64,000 nucleotides of DNA from Candidatus Bathyarchaeota archaeon (lineage in GTDB: Archaea; Thermoproteota; CALKCG01; B24), in assembly GCA_018396755.1 (NCBI GenBank), contig JAGTQM010000009.1, forward strand, positions 6,775 to 70,774. Reading direction: 5' to 3'. Made by a program: the position numbers and the translations under genes. A model generated the notes under the pieces. The model was not told where the DNA came from. It ran no database searches and saw only the letters and a program-made list of their open reading frames with translations. Below, one piece after another: positions 1 through 8,589 of the stretch; the first letter of the stretch is position 1; each line of letters starts with the position of its first letter.

Positions 1-2
1 TG

Positions 3-464
3 ATAAGTAAAGTCGACTTAGAGAAGGCTGAGTGGAACGATATGCCGTGGCGTTTTGAGCCTGGTACGCCTAACGTCGCTGGAGCCGCGGGTCTCGCAGC
101 AGCCGTTGAATACCTGGAGAAGATTGGGATGGATAATGTACGGAGGCATGAAATTCAATTAACGGATTTAGCCCTTAAAAGGCTCAGCGATTTAGAATCC
201 GTAGTAGTTTATGGGCCTAAGAGAGCTGAGAATAGATGTGGACTCGTAGCCTTTAACGTTAAAGGTGTTAACAGCCATGATGTTGCACTTCTCTTAGACG
301 AGCTTGAAAACATAGCCGTCAGATCAGGTCTCCATTGCGCTGAACCCCTGCATAGAAGACTTAAAGCACAGAGCTCAGTTAGAGCTTCTTTCTATATCTA
401 CAACATACTGGAGGAAGTAGAGATACTTTGCAATACAGTAGAGAAGATAGCTGGACTATTGTAG
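3..464 (+). CDS. sufS: cysteine desulfurase, SufS-type (C-terminal part; gene starts before the window)
   Basis: FEPGTPN and RSGLHCAEP (class II catalytic Cys) motifs, RASFYIYN; frame is open back to the window edge. Confidence 0.9.
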   Translation: MSKVDLEKAEWNDMPWRFEPGTPNVAGAAGLAAAVEYLEKIGMDNVRRHEIQLTDLALKRLSDLESVVVYGPKRAENRCGLVAFNVKGVNSHDVALLLDELENIAVRSGLHCAEPLHRRLKAQSSVRASFYIYNILEEVEILCNTVEKIAGLL

Positions 465-1250
465 CTAGTCTTTCCTTTGGATATTGTTCTTTACGAGCTC
501 GGCTACACGTTTGCCTGAAAGCAACATGCCGCCAAATATAGGCCCCATCCTCGGTATTCTATGAAGGGTTGCAACAGCCATTCCAGCAACGTAAAGTCCT
601 GGGCAAACTTCACCAGTTTTCTCTACGACAAGTCTTTCACCCTCTGCTGTCCACATGGACGCTTCCCCAGGTAGAGTTATATTCACCCCTGGAACTTTCC
701 TAGCGACTACTGAAAGAACCTCAGCCTCATGTCCAGTGCAGTCTATAACAGCTCTAGCTTTAAATGAAATCGGGTCTACGTGAAGAGCAGCTATTATGGT
801 TGAACTCCATTGAACAACAACTCCGACAATTTTAGGGGTATCATTTTCAAGTCTGAAAACTACATCATCTACCGATACTCCCAATAGTATTTCTGCACCA
901 GCGTCTATAGCTGCGGCAGCAAGCTTAACAATCATTTCAGCTGGATCGACTATGTAAATACTATCATTAAACGGTTTAAGCCTACAGTTAAACTCTCTAA
1001 GTATGCTATCGGCGGGTTTTTGTACGAGTACAGCTGGAAGCTGCATCCCTCCACCACCCATCCCACCTCCGAAAGACAATTTTCTTTCTATGATAAGCGT
1101 GCTTAAACCGCTTTTGGCTAAGTAGGTCGCTGCCGTGAGACCTGCGGGTCCAGCACCTACAACTATGACATCCACCTCAGCCAATCTGGAAAACTTGTCA
1201 GCTGCCGCTTTAACTATAGCTTTAGTTATAATAGATTCATCTATGGTCAT
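465..1250 (-). CDS. thi4: sulfide-dependent ADP-thiazole synthase (Thi4)
   Basis: GAGPAG, GGGMGGGG, HVDP (His where suicide Thi4s have Cys), DCTGH, PRMGPIFGGM. Confidence 0.95.
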   Translation of the reverse strand: MTIDESIITKAIVKAAADKFSRLAEVDVIVVGAGPAGLTAATYLAKSGLSTLIIERKLSFGGGMGGGGMQLPAVLVQKPADSILREFNCRLKPFNDSIYIVDPAEMIVKLAAAAIDAGAEILLGVSVDDVVFRLENDTPKIVGVVVQWSSTIIAALHVDPISFKARAVIDCTGHEAEVLSVVARKVPGVNITLPGEASMWTAEGERLVVEKTGEVCPGLYVAGMAVATLHRIPRMGPIFGGMLLSGKRVAELVKNNIQRKD

Positions 1251-1260
1251 GCTGGTTAAT

Positions 1261-1273
1261 ATTACAGCGTTAA
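1261..1273. promoter_or_regulatory. ATAAC-RNY-GTTAT operator copy (ATTACAGCGTTAA) upstream of thi4
   Basis: lies between a minus-strand TATA-like element (~1277-1286) and the thi4 start at 1250. Confidence 0.7.
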
Positions 1274-1332
1274 GCTTATATTTATACTTAACTTTATACC
1301 TGACCAGTTTAAGAGCATTTTAAAATAAGCCA

Positions 1333-1530
1333 TTGGAGGGGGTGCATTTGCGTTGTATGGTTTGCGGTCGTCTGGTTAAAGATGAGCTGTACACGTATAA
1401 GACGTGTTGCGTAAATAAGCTTTATGTGTTCTGTTCCGAAGCCTGTCGTAAGAAATGGGCCAGCTCATGGTTAACTACGCAAATCAACCTTCAGTCATCC
1501 CCCAAAATCTTTAAACAAGTCAAGTATTAA
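1333..1530 (+). CDS. small TRASH/YHS-like metal-binding protein
   Basis: CMVCG...CC...YVFCSEAC pattern; start uncertain. Confidence 0.6.
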   Translation: MEGVHLRCMVCGRLVKDELYTYKTCCVNKLYVFCSEACRKKWASSWLTTQINLQSSPKIFKQVKY

Positions 1531-1859
1531 AGTGTCAAACAGCTTACCAATAATCAGCTAGAGAAAAAACAATTTTAGAGTTAGTATGAATACCGTCAAA
1601 TTTGAATTCCTCGAAAAGTCCTTCCCTTTGCTGACAGTCGAAATGTTTAACTGGTTATTAAATGCATAAATAGACATAATGCCCATAATTGCGTCGATGA
1701 TATAGCCATATCTTTTTGAAATAGTTGGATTACAGGGTAGTGGCATATCTCTTGTTTTGAGGGAGAAACGATGAAGTTCATCGGTGGGCTACTGATAGGC
1801 TTCTGACCTATGTGGCGCCGCTGACAGTGAAAGGCATGTAAGCTTTGGCTGTGTGGGTG

Positions 1860-2153
1860 TTAAACAAATATGTCTTCAAGAATACGGAGAGCTTCTTCTT
1901 TACTTGAAGCCTCGACTATAAGCTTGCCATTTTTTACGAAAAATGTAATCGTACCATCATTTTTGGAACACTTAAACATAACCTCTCCTATGATCTGTAA
2001 GTCACTACATCTTTCTTTAAGTCTACTGGCTACTGCTTCAAATAGACCCCACTTAACCCTAACAATGTAGCTGGGTTTTGTAGAACAACTTTCCTGAATC
2101 TTGCCTTCAAGATAAGGTTTAAGTTTCTCAGTTATGGGTATGTAATGATTCAA
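1860..2153 (-). CDS. hypothetical protein resembling the C-terminal (TBP-like) extension of the MoeB at 8590
   Basis: C...TITFFVKNGKLIVEASSKEEA resembles C...ATIFRNGRMLIRNVKDEQTA. Confidence 0.5.
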   Translation of the reverse strand: MNHYIPITEKLKPYLEGKIQESCSTKPSYIVRVKWGLFEAVASRLKERCSDLQIIGEVMFKCSKNDGTITFFVKNGKLIVEASSKEEALRILEDIFV

Positions 2154-2252
2154 GTTCAGGTTTAGAGGATGCTAAGCTACGATTTAAAGTTAACTACTGA
2201 AAAATTACTGTTAGATATTTTTCTTTGAAAAAGTTTATATTTTACGTCATAA

Positions 2253-2265
2253 ATAACAATGTTAT
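2253..2265. promoter_or_regulatory. operator copy ATAACAATGTTAT abutting the thrC ATG
   Basis: perfect consensus; BRE/TATA GAAAAAG-TTTATAT at 2227-2240; ATG at 2266. Confidence 0.85.
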
Positions 2266-3498
2266 ATGTATGCCTTAGCCCTTAAGTGTCGGAACTGTGG
2301 AGCTGAGTACGAGCTTGCACCCTTCTATGTATGTAGAAAATGTCTAGGACCACTTGAAGTTAAATACTCCTATGAGGAGCTGAAACTTGATAAGAAGGAA
2401 CTCACCAATAGGGTTAAAAGTATTTGGCGCTACAGAGAACTACTTCCAATAAATGAGCCTCTTAAATTCCTTCACATGGATGCTGGTTTCACGCCGCTTA
2501 GAAGAGCTATGCGATTGGCTGAAATCCTTGGTTTGAAGAAGCTCTATATTAAAGATGACACGGTAAATCCTACTGGATCCTTCAAAGATAGGCCAGCTTC
2601 GATAGCAGTATGCAAATCTATCGAGTTTGAGTTTAAAGCCGTGGGATGCGCTTCAACCGGTAATCTAGCGGCTGCAACAGCCTCCTATGCTGCTAAAGCC
2701 GGTATTCCATGTTATGTGTTTATCCCATCGGATTTAGAAATGGGGAAGATCCTTCAGATAGCTTCCTACAACCCTGTAGTTATTGCAGTTAAAGACACAT
2801 ACGACATTGTCAATAGATTAGCTACACAGATTTCAGAGCTACATAACATAGCGGTGGTTAACGTAAACTTAAGACCGTATTACGTAGAGGGTTCTAAAAC
2901 ACCGGCTTTTGAAGTCTGTGAGCAACTTGAGTGGACTACGCCGGACTATTTCATAATACCTATGGGTAGCGGTGCCCTTTTATGTGCAATAAACAGAGGA
3001 TTAAAAGAAATGGAAGTGTTAGACTTAATGAGGAATGACGTAAAGCTAGTTGGTGTTCAACCTGAAGGGTGTTCGCCCATAGTATCTGCCTTTAAAAAAG
3101 GAATGGATGACATAGTACCTATTGAAAAACCGAACACCATCGTTAAAAGTTTAGCTATAGGTGATCCTGCAGATGGAGCATATGCATTGAAAGCTTTAAG
3201 GGAAAGCGGAGGGTTCGCCGAAGCCGTTAACGATGAAGAGACTTTAGATGGTATGAGACTTTTAGCAAAAACTGAGGGTATTTTAACAGAGCCAGCAGGT
3301 GGGGTAGCAATAGCTTCTCTTAAAAAGCTTGTAGAGGATGGAAGTATACTTCCTAGTGAAACGGTCGTATGTTATATTACAGGTAGTGGTTTGAAAACAT
3401 TGGAAGTTTTAGAAAGAGGAATCAAACCTATAATTGTAGAGCCCGACTTAAATAGTATACTCGAATTATTGGGAGGGGGGAAGTATGGTGGTGGTTAA
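2266..3498 (+). CDS. thrC: threonine synthase-like PLP enzyme
   Basis: N-terminal CxxC..CxxC, NPTGSFKDR, ASTGN, PMGSG, EPAGG, ITGSGLK. Confidence 0.85.
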   Translation: MYALALKCRNCGAEYELAPFYVCRKCLGPLEVKYSYEELKLDKKELTNRVKSIWRYRELLPINEPLKFLHMDAGFTPLRRAMRLAEILGLKKLYIKDDTVNPTGSFKDRPASIAVCKSIEFEFKAVGCASTGNLAAATASYAAKAGIPCYVFIPSDLEMGKILQIASYNPVVIAVKDTYDIVNRLATQISELHNIAVVNVNLRPYYVEGSKTPAFEVCEQLEWTTPDYFIIPMGSGALLCAINRGLKEMEVLDLMRNDVKLVGVQPEGCSPIVSAFKKGMDDIVPIEKPNTIVKSLAIGDPADGAYALKALRESGGFAEAVNDEETLDGMRLLAKTEGILTEPAGGVAIASLKKLVEDGSILPSETVVCYITGSGLKTLEVLERGIKPIIVEPDLNSILELLGGGKYGGG

Positions 3499-3760
3499 AG
3501 TTTTCATATCATCTACTTTACTGGAAGATGCTTCTAGTAAAAAGTTAAGTTTAGATGTTGAAACAGTTAATGATGTTCTGACGAGGCTTCTGGAAATAGT
3601 TGGAGATAAGTTCAGGGGTAAAATATATGAGGGGGAAGACCTAAGCCCTCGTATTGTTATATTGGTGAATAACAGAAATGTTAGATTTATGAATGGACTT
3701 AATACAAAGGTTAACGACGGTGACGTCATTGCACTTCTCCCAGCTATCGCAGGCGGCTAA
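3485..3760 (+). CDS. MoaD/ThiS-family ubiquitin-like sulfur carrier (SAMP)
   Basis: ILVNNRNV...LPAIAGG with C-terminal diglycine; overlaps the thrC stop. Confidence 0.9.
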   Translation: MVVVKVFISSTLLEDASSKKLSLDVETVNDVLTRLLEIVGDKFRGKIYEGEDLSPRIVILVNNRNVRFMNGLNTKVNDGDVIALLPAIAGG

Positions 3761-4001
3761 CAACAGAGTAATTTAGAACTAAGGAAGTGTAAATATAGCT
3801 GATTTAATACATGGTTATGTAGTAGGTGTCTAAACTATATTTTTGTTTGAACTCATTGTATAGGGCTTTCGATTTTCATAGGCGAAGAGACATCACTACT
3901 CAGAGCGTATCGTATACGTTCATTGATCATTAAACTGAAGTTTGAACAATTGCTCAATGTCTACATCGTGTTTAAACGTTACTGCTCTGATGACTTCCAT
4001 G

Positions 4002-4247
4002 CTATCTCCTTCTCTTGTTTTTAACTAACATCATTACTATTGCCATAACTGCTATGCTACTAGGTAGTATTAGCGGTGTAATAAAATGTGCTCGCTCTTC
4101 TTTACCACTCGAGGAGGGTTTTAGAACTGGTCTTGTATCAGTCCCATTTCGAATTGTACATACATCGCATCCATTTACATAGTGTATGAGAATCGGAGTG
4201 GCGATAAGTATTGTTGCCACAACTGTTACAATCTCTCTAAATTTCAC
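4002..4247 (-). CDS. small membrane-anchored CxxC protein
   Basis: N-terminal hydrophobic segment, CDVC, C-terminal TM helix with basic tail; own TATA and operator upstream. Confidence 0.65.
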   Translation of the reverse strand: MKFREIVTVVATILIATPILIHYVNGCDVCTIRNGTDTRPVLKPSSSGKEERAHFITPLILPSSIAVMAIVMMLVKNKRRR

Positions 4248-4271
4248 ACCAGCTTACCACTTTAAACTTAT

Positions 4272-4284
4272 ATGACATTGTTAT
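4272..4284. promoter_or_regulatory. operator copy ATGACATTGTTAT upstream of the small CxxC gene
   Basis: 1 mismatch; overlaps minus-strand TATA at ~4282-4289. Confidence 0.75.
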
Positions 4285-4500
4285 ATAAACTTAATCACCA
4301 ATACTAGAAGATCTCACCTCATCGAATGAAAGATATGTTCTATGCTACTTTGTTGTTTAATTCCTAACCTTGTAGTATAGTAGAGGAGGTTTCATATTTC
4401 TTTGTAAACTTCTTGACATGAAGTCTACACAACCCTTAACGTAGCCATCCATATGTTAAATAATAACATTTTTAAATTCTTCCGCAAAACCCTTTGATGG

Positions 4501-5727
4501 ATGAAGTTGCTAAAGCTACGTCTTCCTAACTTTGAAGTACATTCTGAACAGAAGTTGATGAGCTTGTGGAATGGGATTCTAGTGGAGTATGATGGAGGAG
4601 CCTTCACCACAAACTATATTTCGAAACTAATTTCCAACATTAAATCTGGACTTAAAGAAGCTAATGTAGAGGCAAAGATAGTTCAAAGCGATTCTAAGTT
4701 ATTTATCGAAACGACTCAAATAAAAGAAGCGTTAAGTATTACTCAACGGGTTTTTGGTGTAACTCGCACGATGCCTTACATACGTACAGAGCTGAGAAGA
4801 GTACACGATACTCTACCGTCAGTATCGGAGAGGTTTTTAAAGCAAGGGTTTTTTCCTATGGTTAAAGTTAGATCTATAGATTCCAAGAGTATATCCATGC
4901 AAGAGATGGCTCAAGCTTTCGATTTGGGAAAGACCCCTAATCTAAAAGATGAATCTATGAAAACCATCGATGTAAGTGTAGAAGTGGTGGGAGATGTATG
5001 CCATTTATATGCAGATCATTTAGCTGTAGTTGGACCAGGGGGCTTACCCATAGGAGCCGGGGATAGAGTGATCTGTTTAGTTTCAGGGGGAATAGATTCA
5101 CCTGTGGCAACTTGGATGATGATGAGGAGGGGATGCCCTGTTGCCATTTTATTCGCATACTTCCCCATGGGAGGAGATGAATCCGACCTTAAACGCTTCA
5201 TAAGTGTCGTTAGAGAACTGCGCAAATGGCATATTGGGGAGGAAATGCAAGTCTACGTATACAAACACGATCAAAACCTCGTTGTTTTTAGGAAGACGGC
5301 ATTAAGGTTTACATGTATCCTATGCAGACGGATGATGTATAGAGTTGCAAATGAATTCGCCAACATTGTAAAAGCAAAAGCAATAGTCACAGGTGAAAAC
5401 CTCGCTCAAGTGGCTTCGCAGACGTTACAGAATTTAAGCGTCATAAATCAAGCGTCTAAACTACCAGTTTTAAGACCTTTAATAGGCCTTGATAAGGAGG
5501 AAATCGTTAAAATAGCTAAGCATATAGGTACTTATGAAGCCAGCTGTATAAGGGTTTCTTCAGGTTGCACACCCATCAAGGGCTGTTGGGCTAGACCCCC
5601 AAAGCCAGTTACATATGCCTCACTCGACACAATCATTAAGATAGAATCTAGTCTAAATATTAGAGAACTGCTTGAACGTAGCGTAGATAGTTTAAGAAAG
5701 TTTCCAGATGAATGGTTTACTTCTTAA
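4501..5727 (+). CDS. thiI: ThiI/TtuI-family sulfurtransferase, divergent paralog 1
   Basis: GPGGLP, SGGIDSPVA PP-loop, CILCRR, GENLAQVASQT, RPLIGLDK; start uncertain. Confidence 0.85.
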   Translation: MKLLKLRLPNFEVHSEQKLMSLWNGILVEYDGGAFTTNYISKLISNIKSGLKEANVEAKIVQSDSKLFIETTQIKEALSITQRVFGVTRTMPYIRTELRRVHDTLPSVSERFLKQGFFPMVKVRSIDSKSISMQEMAQAFDLGKTPNLKDESMKTIDVSVEVVGDVCHLYADHLAVVGPGGLPIGAGDRVICLVSGGIDSPVATWMMMRRGCPVAILFAYFPMGGDESDLKRFISVVRELRKWHIGEEMQVYVYKHDQNLVVFRKTALRFTCILCRRMMYRVANEFANIVKAKAIVTGENLAQVASQTLQNLSVINQASKLPVLRPLIGLDKEEIVKIAKHIGTYEASCIRVSSGCTPIKGCWARPPKPVTYASLDTIIKIESSLNIRELLERSVDSLRKFPDEWFTS

Positions 5728-5744
5728 GTACACGAAATTGATAC

Positions 5745-6293
5745 TTACGGTTTCACCCTTATTTCCAATGATGAAAGATCTATCTCTATGAGATCTTCCA
5801 TCAAAGAAGATGGTAGTTCTGGTGGTGGATAATTCGTGCATGCACCGCTTATCCCCTTTAATGATTCGACATCCCATCTAGTATGGCAAGCATCGCAGTC
5901 TAAATATTTTTCTTGGATAATGTGAAAACTGAATGAGCCGCAGGGTTCACAAACTCTTATGCCTGATATGATTTTTCGCGATTGTGTTAGAATGATTACT
6001 AAAGGCAGATATTCTCCATCCTTATACAAGCTGAGTGGTATTGTACGACCTTTATATGTTATTTCATTTAACCGGTTTTCAATCTTTAGATCAAGAAAGA
6101 CAAGTCGTTGTTCTTTAACAAAACTGAGGGGGACGTACACTTTAGTTCCGTCTGGCGATATGGTTGGGCTTAAGTAAAAGCTACCTGCTCTTATCGACGA
6201 CTGAAAGTAAAGTAACGCAATTGCCACTAGGAACATTGCTGCCAGTAGTATAATATAGGAAGCTCTAAATCTCAAACATCCTTCCTCCCTCAT
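5745..6293 (-). CDS. membrane-anchored Fe-S-type protein (DUF2318-like)
   Basis: N-terminal TM, CEPC, CDAC, GACxxYPP; last gene of an ABC operon. Confidence 0.7.
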   Translation of the reverse strand: MREEGCLRFRASYIILLAAMFLVAIALLYFQSSIRAGSFYLSPTISPDGTKVYVPLSFVKEQRLVFLDLKIENRLNEITYKGRTIPLSLYKDGEYLPLVIILTQSRKIISGIRVCEPCGSFSFHIIQEKYLDCDACHTRWDVESLKGISGACTNYPPPELPSSLMEDLIEIDLSSLEIRVKP

Positions 6294-6969
6294 TTAAGTA
6301 TCTATCTAAAATTACACGTCCATCAATTATCTCCACAATTCTATCGGTGAGTTTAGCTAGCCTCAAATTATGTGTTACGATTATTATAGTAAGTCTATCT
6401 ATTTCATGTAGTTCACGTAGAATTTGCATAATTTCACTACCAGTTTTCTGATCCAAACTTCCAGTCGGCTCATCCGCTAAGAGAATTGCTGGGTTATTCA
6501 CTATGCCTCTTGCAACAGCAACTCTCTGCTGCTCACCTACACTCAACTCAATTGCTTTGTGAAAAGCCTTTTTCGCCAATCCAACTTTATCAAGAACGTC
6601 TCTTGCCCTCCTCTGCTGTTCATCGGAAGATACACCAGCTAAGAATAGTGGAAGCATAACGTTTTCTAATGCTGTTAGATATGGTATTAGTTCAAAGGTT
6701 TGGAAAATAAAACCTACGTTTTCACGTCTAAATTTAGCTCGCTCCTTTGAAGTCAATCTGTAAATTGAAACCCCATTTATTACTACATCGCCTTTCGTTG
6801 GAGTTAATAGCCCCCCGATAGTGTAGAGTAGCGTCGATTTTCCACTCCCACTTGGCCCTACTATAGCTAAGAAGCCCCCCGTCTCAACTTCTAAGTTTAC
6901 GTCGTTTAAAGCGAAAACTCGGTTATCTCCTATTTCGTAAACTTTTGTAACTTCTTTCAACAGAATCAT
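6265..6969 (-). CDS. ABC transporter ATP-binding protein (LolD/MacB-like)
   Basis: GPSGSGKST, LSVGEQQRVAVAR, LADEPTG, VTH. Confidence 0.95.
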   Translation of the reverse strand: MILLKEVTKVYEIGDNRVFALNDVNLEVETGGFLAIVGPSGSGKSTLLYTIGGLLTPTKGDVVINGVSIYRLTSKERAKFRRENVGFIFQTFELIPYLTALENVMLPLFLAGVSSDEQQRRARDVLDKVGLAKKAFHKAIELSVGEQQRVAVARGIVNNPAILLADEPTGSLDQKTGSEIMQILRELHEIDRLTIIIVTHNLRLAKLTDRIVEIIDGRVILDRYLNEGGRMFEI

Positions 6970-6974
6970 CGTGC

Positions 6975-8120
6975 TTACACCGTCTTTAAAGCTTTAACTG
7001 GATCTATTTTGGATGCCCTCCATGCAGGGTAAAAACTTGCAATTAGACAAGATGAAATTGATAAAGTGATAGTTAACGGGACAATATAAATAGGTACGTC
7101 TTCTAGATTTATTGTAGCTCCCATTATAAGAGGCCCCAATGACATGGATGATATTAAACCTGTTACGATGCCAACAAATCCACTGATTAAACCCAAAATT
7201 ACGGATTCTAAGAAAAATATTTTATACAGATGACTACTATCAGCCCCCAGTGAAATAAGCACTCCGATCTCTCTTATTCGCTCATGGATGGAGGCTAACA
7301 TTGTATTCATGATTCCGATGCAACCAGTTATGAGAATAGTAAAAGCTAGTAAAAGTGAAAAGTTAACCGTCTGTTTAACGATTTTCGCCCTTAATTCAAC
7401 CGCTTGCTTAATAGGTGTCGCTTTAACATTAGGCATAACCTCCATTATCTGCTGCGCAATAACTTCAACTGGACAGTCTTTGCAAAGAGCCCCGACTTCA
7501 ATTACGTGGACTTTATTGGTGAGGTTAAGCAGCATCTGAGCCGTGTGTAGTGGCAAGAATACGGAATAGTCATCAATAGACCCTGTTTCACTCAAAAAGC
7601 CAACTACGGTGAGGGATATGTTATTGATTTGAGCAATTGAGCCTAGAGTTAAACCAAGTGTTGACTTTATGGTTGAACCTAGAATTATTTCAAATTCACC
7701 TCGAGGTAATGAGCCGGTTATATTCCACCATCTTTTAAGTTGGATTTCACTCTCTGGAATTATTCCAACGAGGAGAAGATTGTTACCTCTATATTGTACT
7801 TGACCGTAAACCTTCGGAGATATCACCCTAATATTTTGCCTGTTTGGAATTGTATAGATCTTCTCTACGTAATTTTCTGGAATTACAACATCTCCTACAA
7901 CAATGCCTCCATATGGTATGTTTATTAACTGTGCTTTAGGAGTTATCACTATATTTGGCCCATACTTTTCCACTTCATCGCCGATCTGTATTTCCATAGA
8001 ATGGGAAACGACAAACGTTGAAGTGATTATGGTGATGGCAAGGATCAATCCTATAGAGTTAAGAATCGAACGCCCTTTTCTTCTCGAAAGACTCTTGAAA
8101 ACTAGAGTTGCTGTCCGCAC
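6975..8120 (-). CDS. ABC permease, MacB/FtsX-like
   Basis: N-terminal TM, large extracellular domain with CKDC, ERIREIG..LGA, PAWRASKIDP. Confidence 0.9.
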   Translation of the reverse strand: MRTATLVFKSLSRRKGRSILNSIGLILAITIITSTFVVSHSMEIQIGDEVEKYGPNIVITPKAQLINIPYGGIVVGDVVIPENYVEKIYTIPNRQNIRVISPKVYGQVQYRGNNLLLVGIIPESEIQLKRWWNITGSLPRGEFEIILGSTIKSTLGLTLGSIAQINNISLTVVGFLSETGSIDDYSVFLPLHTAQMLLNLTNKVHVIEVGALCKDCPVEVIAQQIMEVMPNVKATPIKQAVELRAKIVKQTVNFSLLLAFTILITGCIGIMNTMLASIHERIREIGVLISLGADSSHLYKIFFLESVILGLISGFVGIVTGLISSMSLGPLIMGATINLEDVPIYIVPLTITLSISSCLIASFYPAWRASKIDPVKALKTV

Positions 8121-8153
8121 GCGAAACCACCGTTGGGGAAGGCGTTTACGAAT

Positions 8154-8166
8154 ATAACAATGTAAT
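8154..8166. promoter_or_regulatory. operator copy ATAACAATGTAAT upstream of the ABC operon
   Basis: 1 mismatch; downstream of minus-strand TATA at 8174-8181. Confidence 0.8.
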
Positions 8167-8190
8167 ATTCTGATTTATAAGTTTAACTTA

Positions 8191-8208
8191 ACTTCAGGTT
8201 CCTGAAGT
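8191..8208. repeat. perfect inverted repeat ACTTCAGG-TT-CCTGAAGT
   Basis: 8-bp arms, just upstream of the ABC-operon BRE/TATA. Confidence 0.6.
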
Positions 8209-8576
8209 CCTCCTCAATAAGCCAAGTACCTCAATTTAAAATAAACTCTTAAAGTAAAACTAAGTCATATATGATCAAAAGCTAGCTCTTAATGTTCTAA
8301 GAGGTGTAGAGAGAGTTAAGTTAACAATGGCACATTCTTAAATCTAAACTGTCGCCTGGTGGGAATTTGATCAAAGCGAAGTCTAGAGCCTCATAGACGT
8401 TAAAATTTATTGCTTTATGGCTTAATTTTGACTTTCCATACACCATGCTTCTATCTTCGTCTCAAATATGTGGAGTTTATCTTCGAAAAGCCTCGCTTTA
8501 AAATGCTACGATAAGATGAAAAAGCGAAGCTAGCAATTAAACTACAAAGCTAAATTTATATAACCCCGTCATAGTT

Positions 8577-8589
8577 GTAACAGTGTAAT
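8577..8589. promoter_or_regulatory. operator copy GTAACAGTGTAAT abutting the moeB ATG
   Basis: 2 mismatches; TATA TTTATATA at 8555-8562; ATG at 8590. Confidence 0.75.

Noticed and set aside
1558-1860. Short ORF and GC-richer patch between the TRASH-like gene and the 1860 ORF
   Set aside because: No family or RNA structure recognised; possibly a decayed gene.
3470-3498. ThrC (and IscS at 19968) end in Gly-Gly-Gly, like ubiquitin-like carriers
   Set aside because: Explained by G-rich RBS/start sequence of the overlapping downstream gene; no beta-grasp domain.
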